A stretch of 64,000 nt of DNA, from assembly GCF_963921235.1 (NCBI RefSeq), contig NC_086108.1:45262001-45326000 (forward strand), written 5' to 3'. Both the position numbers and the translations under genes were made by a program. Below are positions 51,409 to 62,689 of this stretch, in pieces. Origin of the DNA: Mobula hypostoma. Its lineage: Eukaryota. Numbering within the stretch: position 1 is the stretch's first letter; each line of letters opens with the position of its first letter. The notes below the pieces were generated by a model. That model saw only the letters and a list, made by a program, of their open reading frames with translations. It was not told the DNA's origin and made no database searches.

Positions 51409-52251
51409 TCATCTGTCTCTTTCACACTGTGAAGTTGTAGACAAGACAACTTCGTCTGAGTCATTTTCATCAGAACTGCCTTCTTTCATTTTGTGTACAT
51501 TGCTGTGTTTTCCTTTCTGGGGTTTCTTGTTTCTCTGTATTTTGTCCTTTTTCTGCTGTTGACTAGCTTTGCATACTCTGCCAATGTGGCCCTGTTTGCC
51601 ACAGTTTCTGCATTCCTTGTCTTTAAACCAACAGTCATCCGGGTCATGTGACCTGTTCCCACAACGGTAACATTTCTTTCCATCATTCCTGTTCAGTGAC
51701 ATTTTATTTGTGGCATATTCCAGATTTTTTTGTTGTATCTCTGAAGCACCCGGTGCCGCTGTTTCCATTGATATTGCAATGTTTAGCGCTTTCTCCAATG
51801 TAAGGTCTCTTTTACACAGAAGCTTCTTCTGGATGGTTTCACAGTGCATGCCACACACTAACCTGTCCCTCAATGCGTCTGATAGACCAGCTCCAAATTG
51901 ACAATGTTCTGATAATTTGCACAGTTCAGCACAATATTCAGAAATGTTTTCATTTTTGCTCTGAGTCCGATTGTGAAATTTAAATCTTTCAGCAATGACC
52001 AGTGGTTTGGGGTTTAAATGCTGTTGGAGAGTGTCTACTATTTGCTTGAACGTTTTGTCAGCTAGCTTTTCAGGGGTTAACAAGCTTCGTAGCAGGCTGT
52101 ATGTTTTTGCTCCCGTGATACTGAGTAAGACGCTGGCTTTCTTTTCATCCTTAACACCGTTAGCCTCACAATGTAACTCCACTCTTTCAATGTAAGTTGC
52201 CTGGTCTTCAATGCCACTAGCAAATGCTGTAAGGGTTCCAGTCATTGCCAT
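51409..52251 (-). CDS. gag: Gypsy Gag (two CCHC zinc knuckles), open from ATG 52251
   Basis: YIERVELHC..N, PLVIAERFKFHNR, LRDRLVCG, CYRCGNRSHDPDDC and CRNCGKQGHIGRVC. Confidence 0.9.
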   Translation of the reverse strand: MAMTGTLTAFASGIEDQATYIERVELHCEANGVKDEKKASVLLSITGAKTYSLLRSLLTPEKLADKTFKQIVDTLQQHLNPKPLVIAERFKFHNRTQSKNENISEYCAELCKLSEHCQFGAGLSDALRDRLVCGMHCETIQKKLLCKRDLTLEKALNIAISMETAAPGASEIQQKNLEYATNKMSLNRNDGKKCYRCGNRSHDPDDCWFKDKECRNCGKQGHIGRVCKASQQQKKDKIQRNKKPQKGKHSNVHKMKEGSSDENDSDEVVLSTTSQCERDR

Positions 52252-52365
52252 CTTTGTTATGTTAATTAAGCCCCATTCTCCCCTTATTTTCCTTTTTGAC
52301 TCACGTGTCCTTTTTGCTAGTGCCACGAGCGCACTCCGTCTAGATGTGTGTGTTTCACTGCTTTT

Positions 52366-52640
52366 TACATGCTGGTCCCAGGACAGATCCTCTGATATAT
52401 CACCGAGGAATTTAAAGTTACTGACCCTCTCCACCTCCGATCTCCTAATGAGGACTGATGTATGGACCTCTGGTTTCCTCCTCTTATAATCAATAATCAG
52501 CTCTTTAGTTTTGCTGACAATGAGTGAGAGATTGTTGTTGTGCCAAAACTCAACCATTTTTTCAGTCTCTCTCCTACACGCTGTTTCATCACCACTTTTG
52601 ATTCGGCCAACAACTATGGTGCCATCAGCTACTTAGCCAT
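52366..52640 (-). mobile_element. Rex1 RT internal fragment abutting the Gypsy leader
   Basis: NNNLSLIVSKTKELIIDY...FKFLGDISEDLSWDQHV; forms the artefactual N-terminus of ORF 51409-52557. Confidence 0.85.
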
Positions 52641-53714
52641 GAAGCTCATGGCTTGAAGTTTTTATCTTAGTCAATAACTGGCCAAGAGACAAGTGTGCTT
52701 GTTGTGTCAGGACTGCAGGATACAGCCATATCTGATTCTTAAATATATGTACATAAGAATTAGAAGCAGAAGCAGGAAATTTGGCCATTTAAATCTGTTC
52801 TACTTCAACTCCACTTTTTCCACACTGTCGCAATATCCTTGAAACCTTTTAATATCCAGGCGTCAGTCAGTTCCTTTTCTGAATGAATTCAATGACTGAG
52901 CCTTCACAGCTCAGAATTCCAAAAAAATTCTCCTCATCTGGGTACTAAATGGCCTACACCTTAATCTGAGACAGAGATCTCTGGTTTGAAACTCTGCACC
53001 AGATAAAGCTTCCTTCTGAATAGACACTATAAGAAATTCATCTTTCATTGAAATCATCTCTTATAAGCTCAGCTTTTCAAGAGAGATTGATTTGTTAATT
53101 TTCAGCAAGGCTGCATTTTTTCCTCATTTTGAGGATAGCCACTTAAAATGGGACCCTCCAAAACTGAAGAAAAAACAAATCGAAATTGTGAGTTTTTTTC
53201 CCATGCATACCTGATTTAAGAGTTGGTCTTGGATAATGAAAATGCCTGACTTGCTTTAAAGCTGGTCTAACAGTTCTTTTGAGTACAAGTTACAGCTTTT
53301 ATGTATATTGGTAACAAAGTGTGGTATTGGTTTGAAGTGTAATTGACTCCTGGTTAAGCAATAGCTCAGTTTTACAATTATTGTCCTTGTTTTTCAATGC
53401 TTCCATGATCTCACCCCTTCCTATCCCCATTAACTCCTCTAAAATATCTGTCCTCCTTTAAATCAGCCTTTATTCTACAATTCTGCATCTGCCAAGATCC
53501 AAGATCCAAATCTCTGGAAGTCACTTCCTAACTCCTTCCACCTTACAATTTTATTTCCCTCTTTAAAAAAGCTCCTTAAAACCTTTCTATTTGATTGTTT
53601 TTAGTCTTTTATATGATGGCATTAATTCAATGTCAAAGTCGATGTCAATGCCAATGTCATATTTGTCCTATGCACAAATACATGTGTGCACAGGTACAAT
53701 GAGAAACTAATTTA

Positions 53715-54955
53715 AGATCATAAGACCATAAGATATAGGGGCAGAAGTAGGCCATTTGGCCCATTGAGTCTGCTCTGCCATTCAATCATGGGCTGATCCA
53801 ATTCTTCCAGTTATTCCCATTCCCCTGCCTTCTCCCCATAGCCTTTGATGCCCTGGCTAATCAAGAGCCTGTCTATCTCTGTCTCTGCCTTAAATGCACC
53901 CAATGGCTTGGCCTCCACAGCTGCTGGTGGCAACAAATTCCACAGATTTACCATGCTCTGACTAAAGTAATTTCTTTGCATCTCTGTTCTAAATGCACGT
54001 CCTTCAATCCTGAAGTCATGCCCTCTTGCCCTAGACTCCCCTACCATGGGAAATAACTTTGCCATATTAGATTAGATTAGATTATGAGGACACTCAGTCC
54101 TCGTTTATTGTCATTTAGAAATGCATGCATTAAAATGATACAATGTCCCTCCAGAAAGATATCACAGAAACACAGGACAAACCAAGACTAAAACTGACAA
54201 AACCACATAATTATAACATATAGTTACAACAGTGCAAAGCGATACCGTAACTTGATAAAGAGCAGACCATGGGCACGGTAAAAAAAAAGTCTCAAGTCCC
54301 GATAGCCCCATCATCTCACACAGACGGTAGAAGGGAGAAACTCTCCCTGCCATGAACTCCAAGTGCCGCAAACTTGCTGATGCATTGGAAGCACCCGACC
54401 ACAGCCGACTCTGAGTCCGTCCGAAAACTTCGAGCCTCCGACCAGCCTTCCGACACCGAGCACCGAGCACCATCTCTGCAGAGCGCTTTGACGCCAGCCC
54501 CGGCCGCCAAGCAACAAGCAAAGCCGAGGACTCAGGGCCTTCCCCTCCAGAGATTCTGGATCGCACAGTAGCAGCGGCAGTGAAGAAGGCATTTCAGAAG
54601 TTTCACAGATGTTCCTCCATGCTCTCACGTCTGTCTCCATCAAATCAGGATTGTGCACGGCACCCTACTTGACAGATAACAGGTATCACTCACCGGTGTG
54701 GCCGCTGCAAGCTGCGTCGCGCCGCCATCTTCTCCCTTATCTAACCTGTTTCAGAATGTTTCTATGAAATCCCCCTTCATTCTCCTGAAGTCCAGGGAAT
54801 ACACCCCAAGAGCTGCCAGACGTTCCTTATATGGTAACTCTTTCATTCCTGGAATCTTTCTTGTGAATCTTCTCTGAACCCTCTCCAATGTCTGTATATC
54901 CTTTCTAAAATAAGGAACCCAAAACTGCACACGATACTCCAAGTGTGGTCACACG
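53715..54955 (-). mobile_element. CR1 3' fragment interrupted at 54067-54736
   Basis: EYRVQFW..RKDI..LERVQRRFTR and ESRARGH..NYFSQ..NLWN; taagaccataaga tail. Confidence 0.9.
54067..54736 (-). mobile_element. Apparently full-length non-autonomous retroelement (about 670 bp) with (CTAAT)n tail
   Basis: 5' end GGGAGAAGATGGCGGCGCGACGC, CpG-rich body, AATAAA, then (CTAAT)n; splits the CR1 sequence gccata|tctaa. Confidence 0.75.
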
Positions 54956-55248
54956 ATTGATAAATGAAAGATGAAGTTGTTATTTGCCTTGGCAGGGGTG
55001 TCTAGAATCATAGGACATAGGAACAAAATTACGTCATTCATACCATTGAGTCTGCTCTGCCATTCGATAATGGCTGGTTTATTATTCCCTCTCAACCCCA
55101 TTCTCCTATCCTGTCATTGTAACCTTTGACATCTTGGCTAGTCAACAGCCTATCAACCTCCAGTTTACTTGACCTCCACAGCTGTCTGTGGCAATTAATC
55201 CTGCAGCATCACCACCACCTATTGGCTACAGAAATACTTACTTATCTC

Positions 55249-56087
55249 ATAGTCATAGTCATAGTCATACTTTATTGATCCTGGGGGAAAATGGTTTTCG
55301 TTACAGTTGCACCATAAATAATAAATAGTAATAAAACCATAAATAGTTGAATAGTAATATGTAAATTATGCCAGGAAATAAGTCCAGGACCAGCCTATTG
55401 GCTCAGGGTGTCTGACCCTCCAAGGGAGGAGTTGTAAAGTTTGATGGCCACAGGCAGGAATGACTTCCTATGACGCTCAGTGTTGCATCTCGGTGGAATG
55501 AGTCTCTGGCTGAATGTACTCCTGTGCCCAACCAGTACATTATATAGTGGATGGGAGACATTAACCAAGATGGCATGCAACTTAGACAGCATCCTCTTTT
55601 CAGACACCACCGTGAGAGAGTCCAGTTCCGTCACCACAACATCACTGGCCTTACGAATGAGTTTGTTGATTCTGTTGGTGTCTGCTACCCTCAGCCTGCT
55701 GCCCCAGCACACCACAGCAAACATGATAGCACTGGCCACCACAGACTCGTAGAACATCCTCAACATCGTCCGGCAGATGTTAAAGGACCTCAGTCTCCTC
55801 AGGAAATAGAGACGGCTCTGACCCTTCTTGTAGACAGCCTCAGTGTTCTTTGACCAGTCCAGTTCATTGTCAATTCGTATCCCCAGGTATTTGTAATCAT
55901 CCACCATGTCCACACTGACCCCCTGGATGGAAACAGGGGTCACCCGTACCTTAACTCTCCTCAGGTTTACCACCAGCTTCTTAGTCTTTTTCACATCAAG
56001 CTGCAGATAATTCTGCTCACACCATGTGACAAAGTTTCCTACCGTAGCCTTGTATTCAACCTCATCTCCCTTGCTGATGCATCCAAC
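55249..56087 (-). mobile_element. Rex1/Babar-type 3' portion with (GACTAT)n tail, nested in CR1 (55010-56340)
   Basis: KKGQSRLYFLRRLRSF and SFLPVAIKLYN; TATCTC duplicated at 55243-55248 and 56088-56093. Confidence 0.9.
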
Positions 56088-56910
56088 TATCTCTGTTCTA
56101 AAGTGGCATCCTTTTATTCTGAGGCTGTGCCGTCTAGTCCTAGACTCTCCCACTATTGGAAACTTGCTCTCCATCTCCACTCTGTATAGGCCTTTCAATA
56201 TTTGGTAGGTTTCAACGAGAGCCTTCTCATCCTTATAAACTCCAGTAGATACAAGCCCAGAGCCGTTAAATGCTCCTCTCGTTTCAATGAACCCTTTCAT
56301 CCCCAGCATTATTCTCGTAAATAGCCTCTGGATTCATCAACACCAGCAGATTCTTCCTTAGATATGAGGGCAAAAACTGCACACAGTACTCCAAAATGAT
56401 CCTGCACCTTCCGAAATAATCTCAGAAGCATCTGCCATTGCTGCTGTGCCATTCATCCCATCTAGAGTCTCTTTCCAATCAACCTTGGCTAGCTCCTGTC
56501 TCCTGCCTCTGTAATTATCTTTACACAACAGTATTTCCAGTACATCTGATTTTTATCCTCTCCCTCTCAAACTGCAGGATAAATTCTATCATATTATTAT
56601 CACCATCTCCTAAGGGCTCCTTTAATCTCCCTAATCAAACCTAGTTCATTACAAAACACTAAATCTAGAATTGCCTTTTTCCCGAGTGGGCTCGTCTACG
56701 AGCTGGTCTAAAATGCCATCTCACCGGCATTCTACAAATCCTTCTCTTGGGATCCAGTGTCAACCTGATTTTTCCAGTCTACCTGCATATTGAATTTCTC
56801 CATGATCACCATAACATTGCCTTTCTTACATGTCTTTTCTGTCTTCTTTGTACCCCATATCCTGGCTACTATTAGATGGCTTGTATGTAACTCCAAACAG
56901 CATCTTTTTA

Positions 56911-58683
56911 GAAACATAGAAAACCTACAGCACAATACAGGCCCTTCGGCCCACAAAGCGGTGCCGAACATGTCCTTACCTTAGAACTACCTAGGCTTAC
57001 CCATAGCCGTCTATTTTTCTAAGCTCCATGTATCCATCCAGCAGGCTCTTGAAGGACCCTATCACTTCCGCCTCCACCGCCGCTGCCGGCAGCCCATTCC
57101 TTGCACTCTCCACTCTCTGCATAAAAAAACTTACCCCGACATCTCCTCTGTACCTACTTCCAAGCACCTTAAAACTGTACCCTCTCGTGCTAGCCATTTC
57201 AACCCTGTAAAAAAGCCTCTGACTATCCACATGATTAATGCCTCTCACTATTGTGTACAGCTCTATCAGCTCACCTCTCATCCTCCGTCACTCCGAAGAG
57301 AAAAGGCCAAGTTCACTCAACCTATTCTCATAAGGCATGCTCCCCAATCCAGGTAACATCCTTGTAAATCTCCTCTGCACACTTTCTATGGCTTTCACGT
57401 CCTTCCTGTAGTGAGGCGACCAGAATTGAGCACAGTACTCCTAGTGGGGTCTGACCAGGGTCCTATATAGCTGCAAAATTACCTCTGGGCTCTTAAACTC
57501 AATCCCACGATTTATGAAGGCCAATGCACTGTATGCCTTCTTAACCACAGAGTCAACCTGCGTAGCAGCTTTGAGTGTCCTATGGACTCGGACCCCAAGA
57601 TCCCACTGATCCTCCACACTGCCAAGATCTTACCATTAATGCTATATTCTGCCATTATATTTGACCTACCAAAATGAACCACCTCATACTTATCTGTGTT
57701 GAACTCCATCTGCCACTTCTCAGCCAGTTTTGCATCCCATCAATGTCCTGCTGCAACCTCTGACAGCCCTCCAGACTATCCACAACACCCCCAATCTTTG
57801 TGTCATCAGCAAATTTACTAACCAATCCCTCCACTTCCTCATCCAGGTCATTTAAAAAAAATCACAAAAAGTAAGGGTCCCAGAACAGATCCCTGAGACA
57901 CTCTACTGGTCACCGACCTCTATGCAGAATATGACTCGTCTACAACCACTCTTTGCCTTCTGTGGGCAAACCAGTTCTGGATCCACAAAGCAATTTCCCC
58001 TTGGATCCCATGCCTCCTTAACTTTCTCAGTAAGCCTTGCATAGGGTACTTTATCAAATGCCTTGCTAAAATCTATATACACTACATCTACGGCTCTACC
58101 TTCGTCAATGTGTTTAGTCACATCCTCAAAAAATTCAATCAGGCTCATAAGGCACAAGCTGCCTTTGACAAAGCCATGCTGACTATTCCTAATCATATTA
58201 TGCCTCTCCAAATGTTCATAAATCTTGTCTCACAGGATCTTCTCCTTCAACTTACCAACCACTGAAGTAAAATTCACTGATCTATAATTTTCTGGGCTAT
58301 CCCTACTCCCTTTATTGGATAAGGGAACAACATCCGCAACCCTCCAATCCTCTGGAACCTCTCCCTTCCTCATTGATGATGCAAAGATCATCGCCAGAGG
58401 CTCAACAATCTCCTCCCTCGCTTCCCACAGTAGCCTGGGGTACATCCTGTCCGGTCCTGGTGACTTATCCAATTTGATGCTTTTCAAAAACTCCAGCACA
58501 TCCTCTTCCTTAATATCTACATGCTCAAGCTTTTCAGTCCGCTGCAAGTCATCCCTACAGCCCTTTTCCGGAGTGAATACTGAAGCAAAGTATTCATTAA
58601 TTACCTCTGCCATCTCCTCCGGTTCCGTACACACTTTTCCACTGTCACACTTGATTGGTCCTATTCTCTCATGTCTTATCACG
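56911..58683 (-). mobile_element. CR1 RT/3' end nested in an older CR1 APE region (about 56400-59040)
   Basis: KSPGPD..YPRLL, SQHGFVKG and DFSKAFDKVP; same subfamily as 3944-5079; TCTTTTTA duplicated at 56903-56910 and 58684-58691. Confidence 0.9.
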
Positions 58684-59047
58684 TCTTTTTACCTTGCAGT
58701 TTCTTAACTCTACCCACAAAGATTCTACATCTCATCCTACGTCACTTCTTGCTTAGGATTTGATGGTTTTTTTAATCAACTGAGCCACCCTGTCCCCTCT
58801 GCCCACGTGCCTTTCTTTTTGAGAGAATGTGTGTTTCTGGACATTTAGCTCCCAGCTGTGATCTTCTATCCATGACTCTGTGATGCCCATGACATTGCAC
58901 CTGCTAATTTCTAACTGCTATAAGCTCATCTACTTTGTTTTAATATGCTGTGTGCATTCAAATATAATGCTTTCAGTCCTGTACTCGCCAACCGTCTTCT
59001 CAGATTTGTCTACATGTTGCCTGAAGTTAAATTCTTATACCCTTATA

Positions 59048-59770
59048 AACATAGAACATAGAACAGTACAGCCCAGTACAGGACCTTCGGCCCACAACGT
59101 TGTGCCGACCCTCAAACCCTGCCTCCCATATAATTCCCTACCTTAAATTCCTCCATATACCTGTCTAGTAGTCTCTTAAATTTCACTAATGTATCTGCCT
59201 CCACCACTGACTCAGGCAGTGCATTCCACGTACCAACCACTCTCTGAGTAAAAAACCTTCCTCTAATATCCCCCTTGAACTTCCCACCCCTTACCTTAAA
59301 GCCATGTCCTCTTGTATTGAGCAGTGGTGCCCTGGGGAAGAGGCGCTGGCTATCCACTCTATCTATTCCTCTTAATATCTTGTATACCTCTATCACGTCT
59401 TCTCTCATCATCCTTCTCTCTAAAGAGTAAAGCCCTAGCTCCTTTAATCTCTGATCATAATCCATACTCTCTAAACCAGGCAGCATCCTCTGTACCCTTT
59501 CCATAGTGAGGCGACCAGAACTAGACACAATACTCCAAGTGTGGCCTAACCAGAGTTTTATAGAGCTGCATCATTACATCACGACTCTTAAACTCTATCC
59601 CTTGACTTTTGAAAGCTAACACCCCATAAGCTTTCTTAACTACCCTACCTACCTGTGAGGCAACTTTCAGGGATCTGTGGACATGTACCCCCAGATCCCT
59701 CTGCTCCTCCACACTACCAAGTATCCTGCCATTTACTTTGTACTCTGCATTGGAGTTTGTCCTTCCAAAC
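59048..59770 (-). mobile_element. CR1 3' fragment, same subfamily as 43427-44546
   Basis: Near-identical peptides (VDSQRLFPRAPLLNTRGHGFKVRGGKFK); (TTCTATG)n tail. Confidence 0.92.
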
Positions 59771-61008
59771 TTTCTGACGTAGCAGCCTTGCAATAAGGGT
59801 TTGGACATTTAGGTCAGGCACGAGAAATTCTTTGAAATTCTCTGCCCTAAGGAGATGTACTGGCTTTTATAGCTGAGTACCTTTAAGACAAAGTTTGATT
59901 TTGTTTTTGGATGTAAGCAGATTCAAGGTAAAGGGGATTCATGCAGGAAGGTGTCCTGAATGGAAAAATCAGCCATGACCTTGTTGAATAGTGGATCAGG
60001 CACGATGGGATGAAGGGATGCTTCCCACTTGTAATTCATTTGTTATGTTCATATGTTTTTAAGCATTTCAGATATGGATAGACACTGTTCAATAGCTCAC
60101 TGGATGAATTTTGATAGCATCTTTGAACAATTTGATTCTGGAGACTTCCAGGAGACAATATTTACAAGGTATCTGGCCGAGTATTTGGATTGAATAGCAG
60201 TGGAGAGATGCAGGTCTAATGCAGGCTAATGGAATTACCATAGATTGGCATCACAGTTGGCATGTTTGCCCACAAAATCCTTGGCTGATTGTACTCTCCC
60301 CCAAGCTTGCTGATACATATCAGTGTTCCTATTGAATTTCATGTTGAAGTTAGCCAAGCCAACATGAGAGTCATAGTCAAACTTAGGACCGCCGATCTCT
60401 GCCAAATGTATGGGTAGAGTTTAAACTTGCTCCATTGTAAGCATTCTGGATTGCTGTCTTGGAAATCAAAAACAGCTTTCATTTACTTAATGCTCACTGT
60501 AACACTGTGAAATATCTCAAGGTGCTTCTACAAGCATTATGTAACAAGGAACATTATTTTCTATGACAAGTTTCATTCTGAAATAATGATCAAATATTCT
60601 ACCTTTGCAAATTCATGTGGAGGTTAGAACCTGAATGCAGTTTCTGGGAAGTTAATGATAGAATTAGGACAAAATGTTTAGCAAATGTTAGATGTTTTCA
60701 ATTCACACAGAGCCAAGCCTTGCTGAGCCAAACCCACACGTGGAATCATCCCACATGTTTACCTGGTATGAATCCAAAGTGCTTATCACACTGGACCAAA
60801 GCATCCCAAGCTTACTACATGGTCTGGTTGGCATTAGGACTTCTGTCAGTGCAGCAAGGAAGACCTGCCCTGAAAATTCACTGAAAACTTTGAGAGACAT
60901 CAGAGCGCTGCCCCTACTGTTGTTAGCATTTAGAGGTGTAAATGCAATTTAACAGATTTTAAATGTCTCTGAATGTCAGACATTTTAAGATCTATTGAAA
61001 TGGAAATG

Positions 61009-61393
61009 CACTCAGTGGCCACTTTATTAGGTTCCTCCTGTACCTAATAAAGTGGCCACTGAGTGTATGATTATGGTCTTCTGCTGCTGTAGCCCATCCA
61101 CTTCCAGATTCGATATGTTGTGCCTTCAGACATGTTCTTCTGCACACCTCCGTTGTAATGCGTGTTCATCTGAGTTACTGTCGCCTCCCTGTCAGCTTGA
61201 ACCAGTCTGACATTCTACCCTGACTTCTCTCATTAACAAGGCATTTTCACCCACAGAGCTGCTGCTCACCAGGTGTTTTTTGTTCTTTTTTCACAATTTT
61301 CTGTAAACTCTAAAGACTGGACCTCTTGGTTGTTTATGTATTTGCATTAACAAACAAGTGTTGAGGTGTACCTAATAATGTGGCTATTGAGTG
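61009..61393. mobile_element. Tc1/mariner-type non-autonomous DNA transposon with triple TIR
   Basis: cactcagtggccactttattagg at 61009, its inverse at 61043-61065 and again (degenerate) at 61371-61393 followed by TA; Tc1-like internal sequence. Confidence 0.8.
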
Positions 61394-61556
61394 TAAACAT
61401 TGCTTAGAAAAGAAAGTTAACTAAAACAGAAGTAACTACATCGGCTGTGGTAATGGAAACATTACCAGTACATTCGGCATGAGGGAGATTGCAGAGCTTC
61501 TACGCAAGGCCAGGTTTTGTTGGGAATCTGTTTTACCAGTTAGAAAGGATCGTATC

Positions 61557-62245
61557 TCAGAGTCAGGATCAGAATCAGAATCCTTTATTATCGCCAAGTA
61601 TGTGGACACATAACAGGGAATTTGATGCCAGTTTCCCTGAGCTCTCGCTGTACAGAATCAAAAAGCAAACAAAACAATAGTGCAAATAATCGTGAACTAT
61701 ATACAGTGAGGTATACCTGTGTATGTACAGGTGGACTTGGTTTATAATAGACTAAAATTCAAGTGTTCATAAGACCGATGGCATACGGAAAGAAACTGTT
61801 CTTGTACCTATTTGTCCTGACATATAGTGATCTAAAGCGCCTACCAGAAGGAAGGAGTTGGAACGGGTGATGTCCGGGGTGTGATGGGTCTACAGTGATG
61901 CTGCTTGCTCACTTCCTGACTCTAGATGCATATAAGTCCTGGATCGAGGGCAGCTTCACACCAATAATCCTTTCCACAGCCCTGATGGTTCTTTGGAGTC
62001 TATTCTTGTCTTGTTTGGTAGTTGATCCAAACCAGACAGTGATGGACGAACAAAGAACGGACTGGATTATTCCTGAATAGAATTGAATCAGCAGCTCCTG
62101 AGGCAGGTTGTACTTCCTGAGTTGACGTAGGAAATACAACCTCTGCTGAGCCTTTTTGATAAAAGTGTCCACATTGGGTGTCCACTTCAAGTCCTGGGAG
62201 ATTGTGACACCCAGAAACCTGAAGGTCTCCACAGCAGACACAATA
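61557..62245 (-). mobile_element. Rex1/Babar-type 3' portion
   Basis: FRFLGVTISQDLKW, KKAQQRLYFLRQLRK and SSITVWFG; (ATTCTG)n-like tail. Confidence 0.9.
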
Positions 62246-62689
62246 CTATTGAGCTTGCAAGTTTTTCTGGTGGTTGCAAATGGAATTTTGCACTAAGCTA
62301 TTTGATTGGCCATGAGTCCTTCGTGTGCTTTGAATCACAAAAGTCTGAGACTGGCAGCATAGATGCCCTGTCTCTGATAGCAAAAACGTAGAACTCAGCC
62401 TTGTTGGGATTCCCCAGCACAAGAATGAGGAAAACACCTTTCAAATCCTATGCTGATTAAAATTTAGGGCTGTAGTTTTGGAGAAAAAGTTATGTTTTAA
62501 ATTATTTCTACAAAGCTTCACCCATAGATTTGCCTATCAGAGGGATTTTCAGCAGTGCCTTCTGCAGTATGCCATCTGGACTCATGGTCTGAATATGAGC
62601 CAGGTAAATGTAGGAAGAGTCCATGCCTTGACGCTGACTGGGAGCTTGGTCCAATGCAATACAGTTAATGTGATTCTGGTCGTGCATGC

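Larger units (their letters stand above)
49324..52365 (-). mobile_element. Gypsy/Ty3 LTR retrotransposon carrying a captured SUDS3 cDNA in place of RT/RH/IN; 5' LTR missing
   Basis: Order on the minus strand: leader, gag, protease, SUDS3 CDS and probable 3' UTR, pol-like end PQRLEL* (about 49744-49764), PPT, LTR. Confidence 0.9.

Noticed and set aside
51409..52557. 382-aa ORF as a novel protein
   Set aside because: Chance read-through from a Rex1 RT fragment across the Gypsy leader into gag; the gag start is more plausibly ATG 52251.
55395..56309. 304-aa ORF as a gene
   Set aside because: Chimera of CR1 3' codons and a nested Rex1 fragment, with the junction at the TSD.
60711..62603. Possible small exons 60711-60765 and 62528-62603
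   Set aside because: Weak acceptors, ambiguous frames and unrecognised peptides; not supportable without RNA data.
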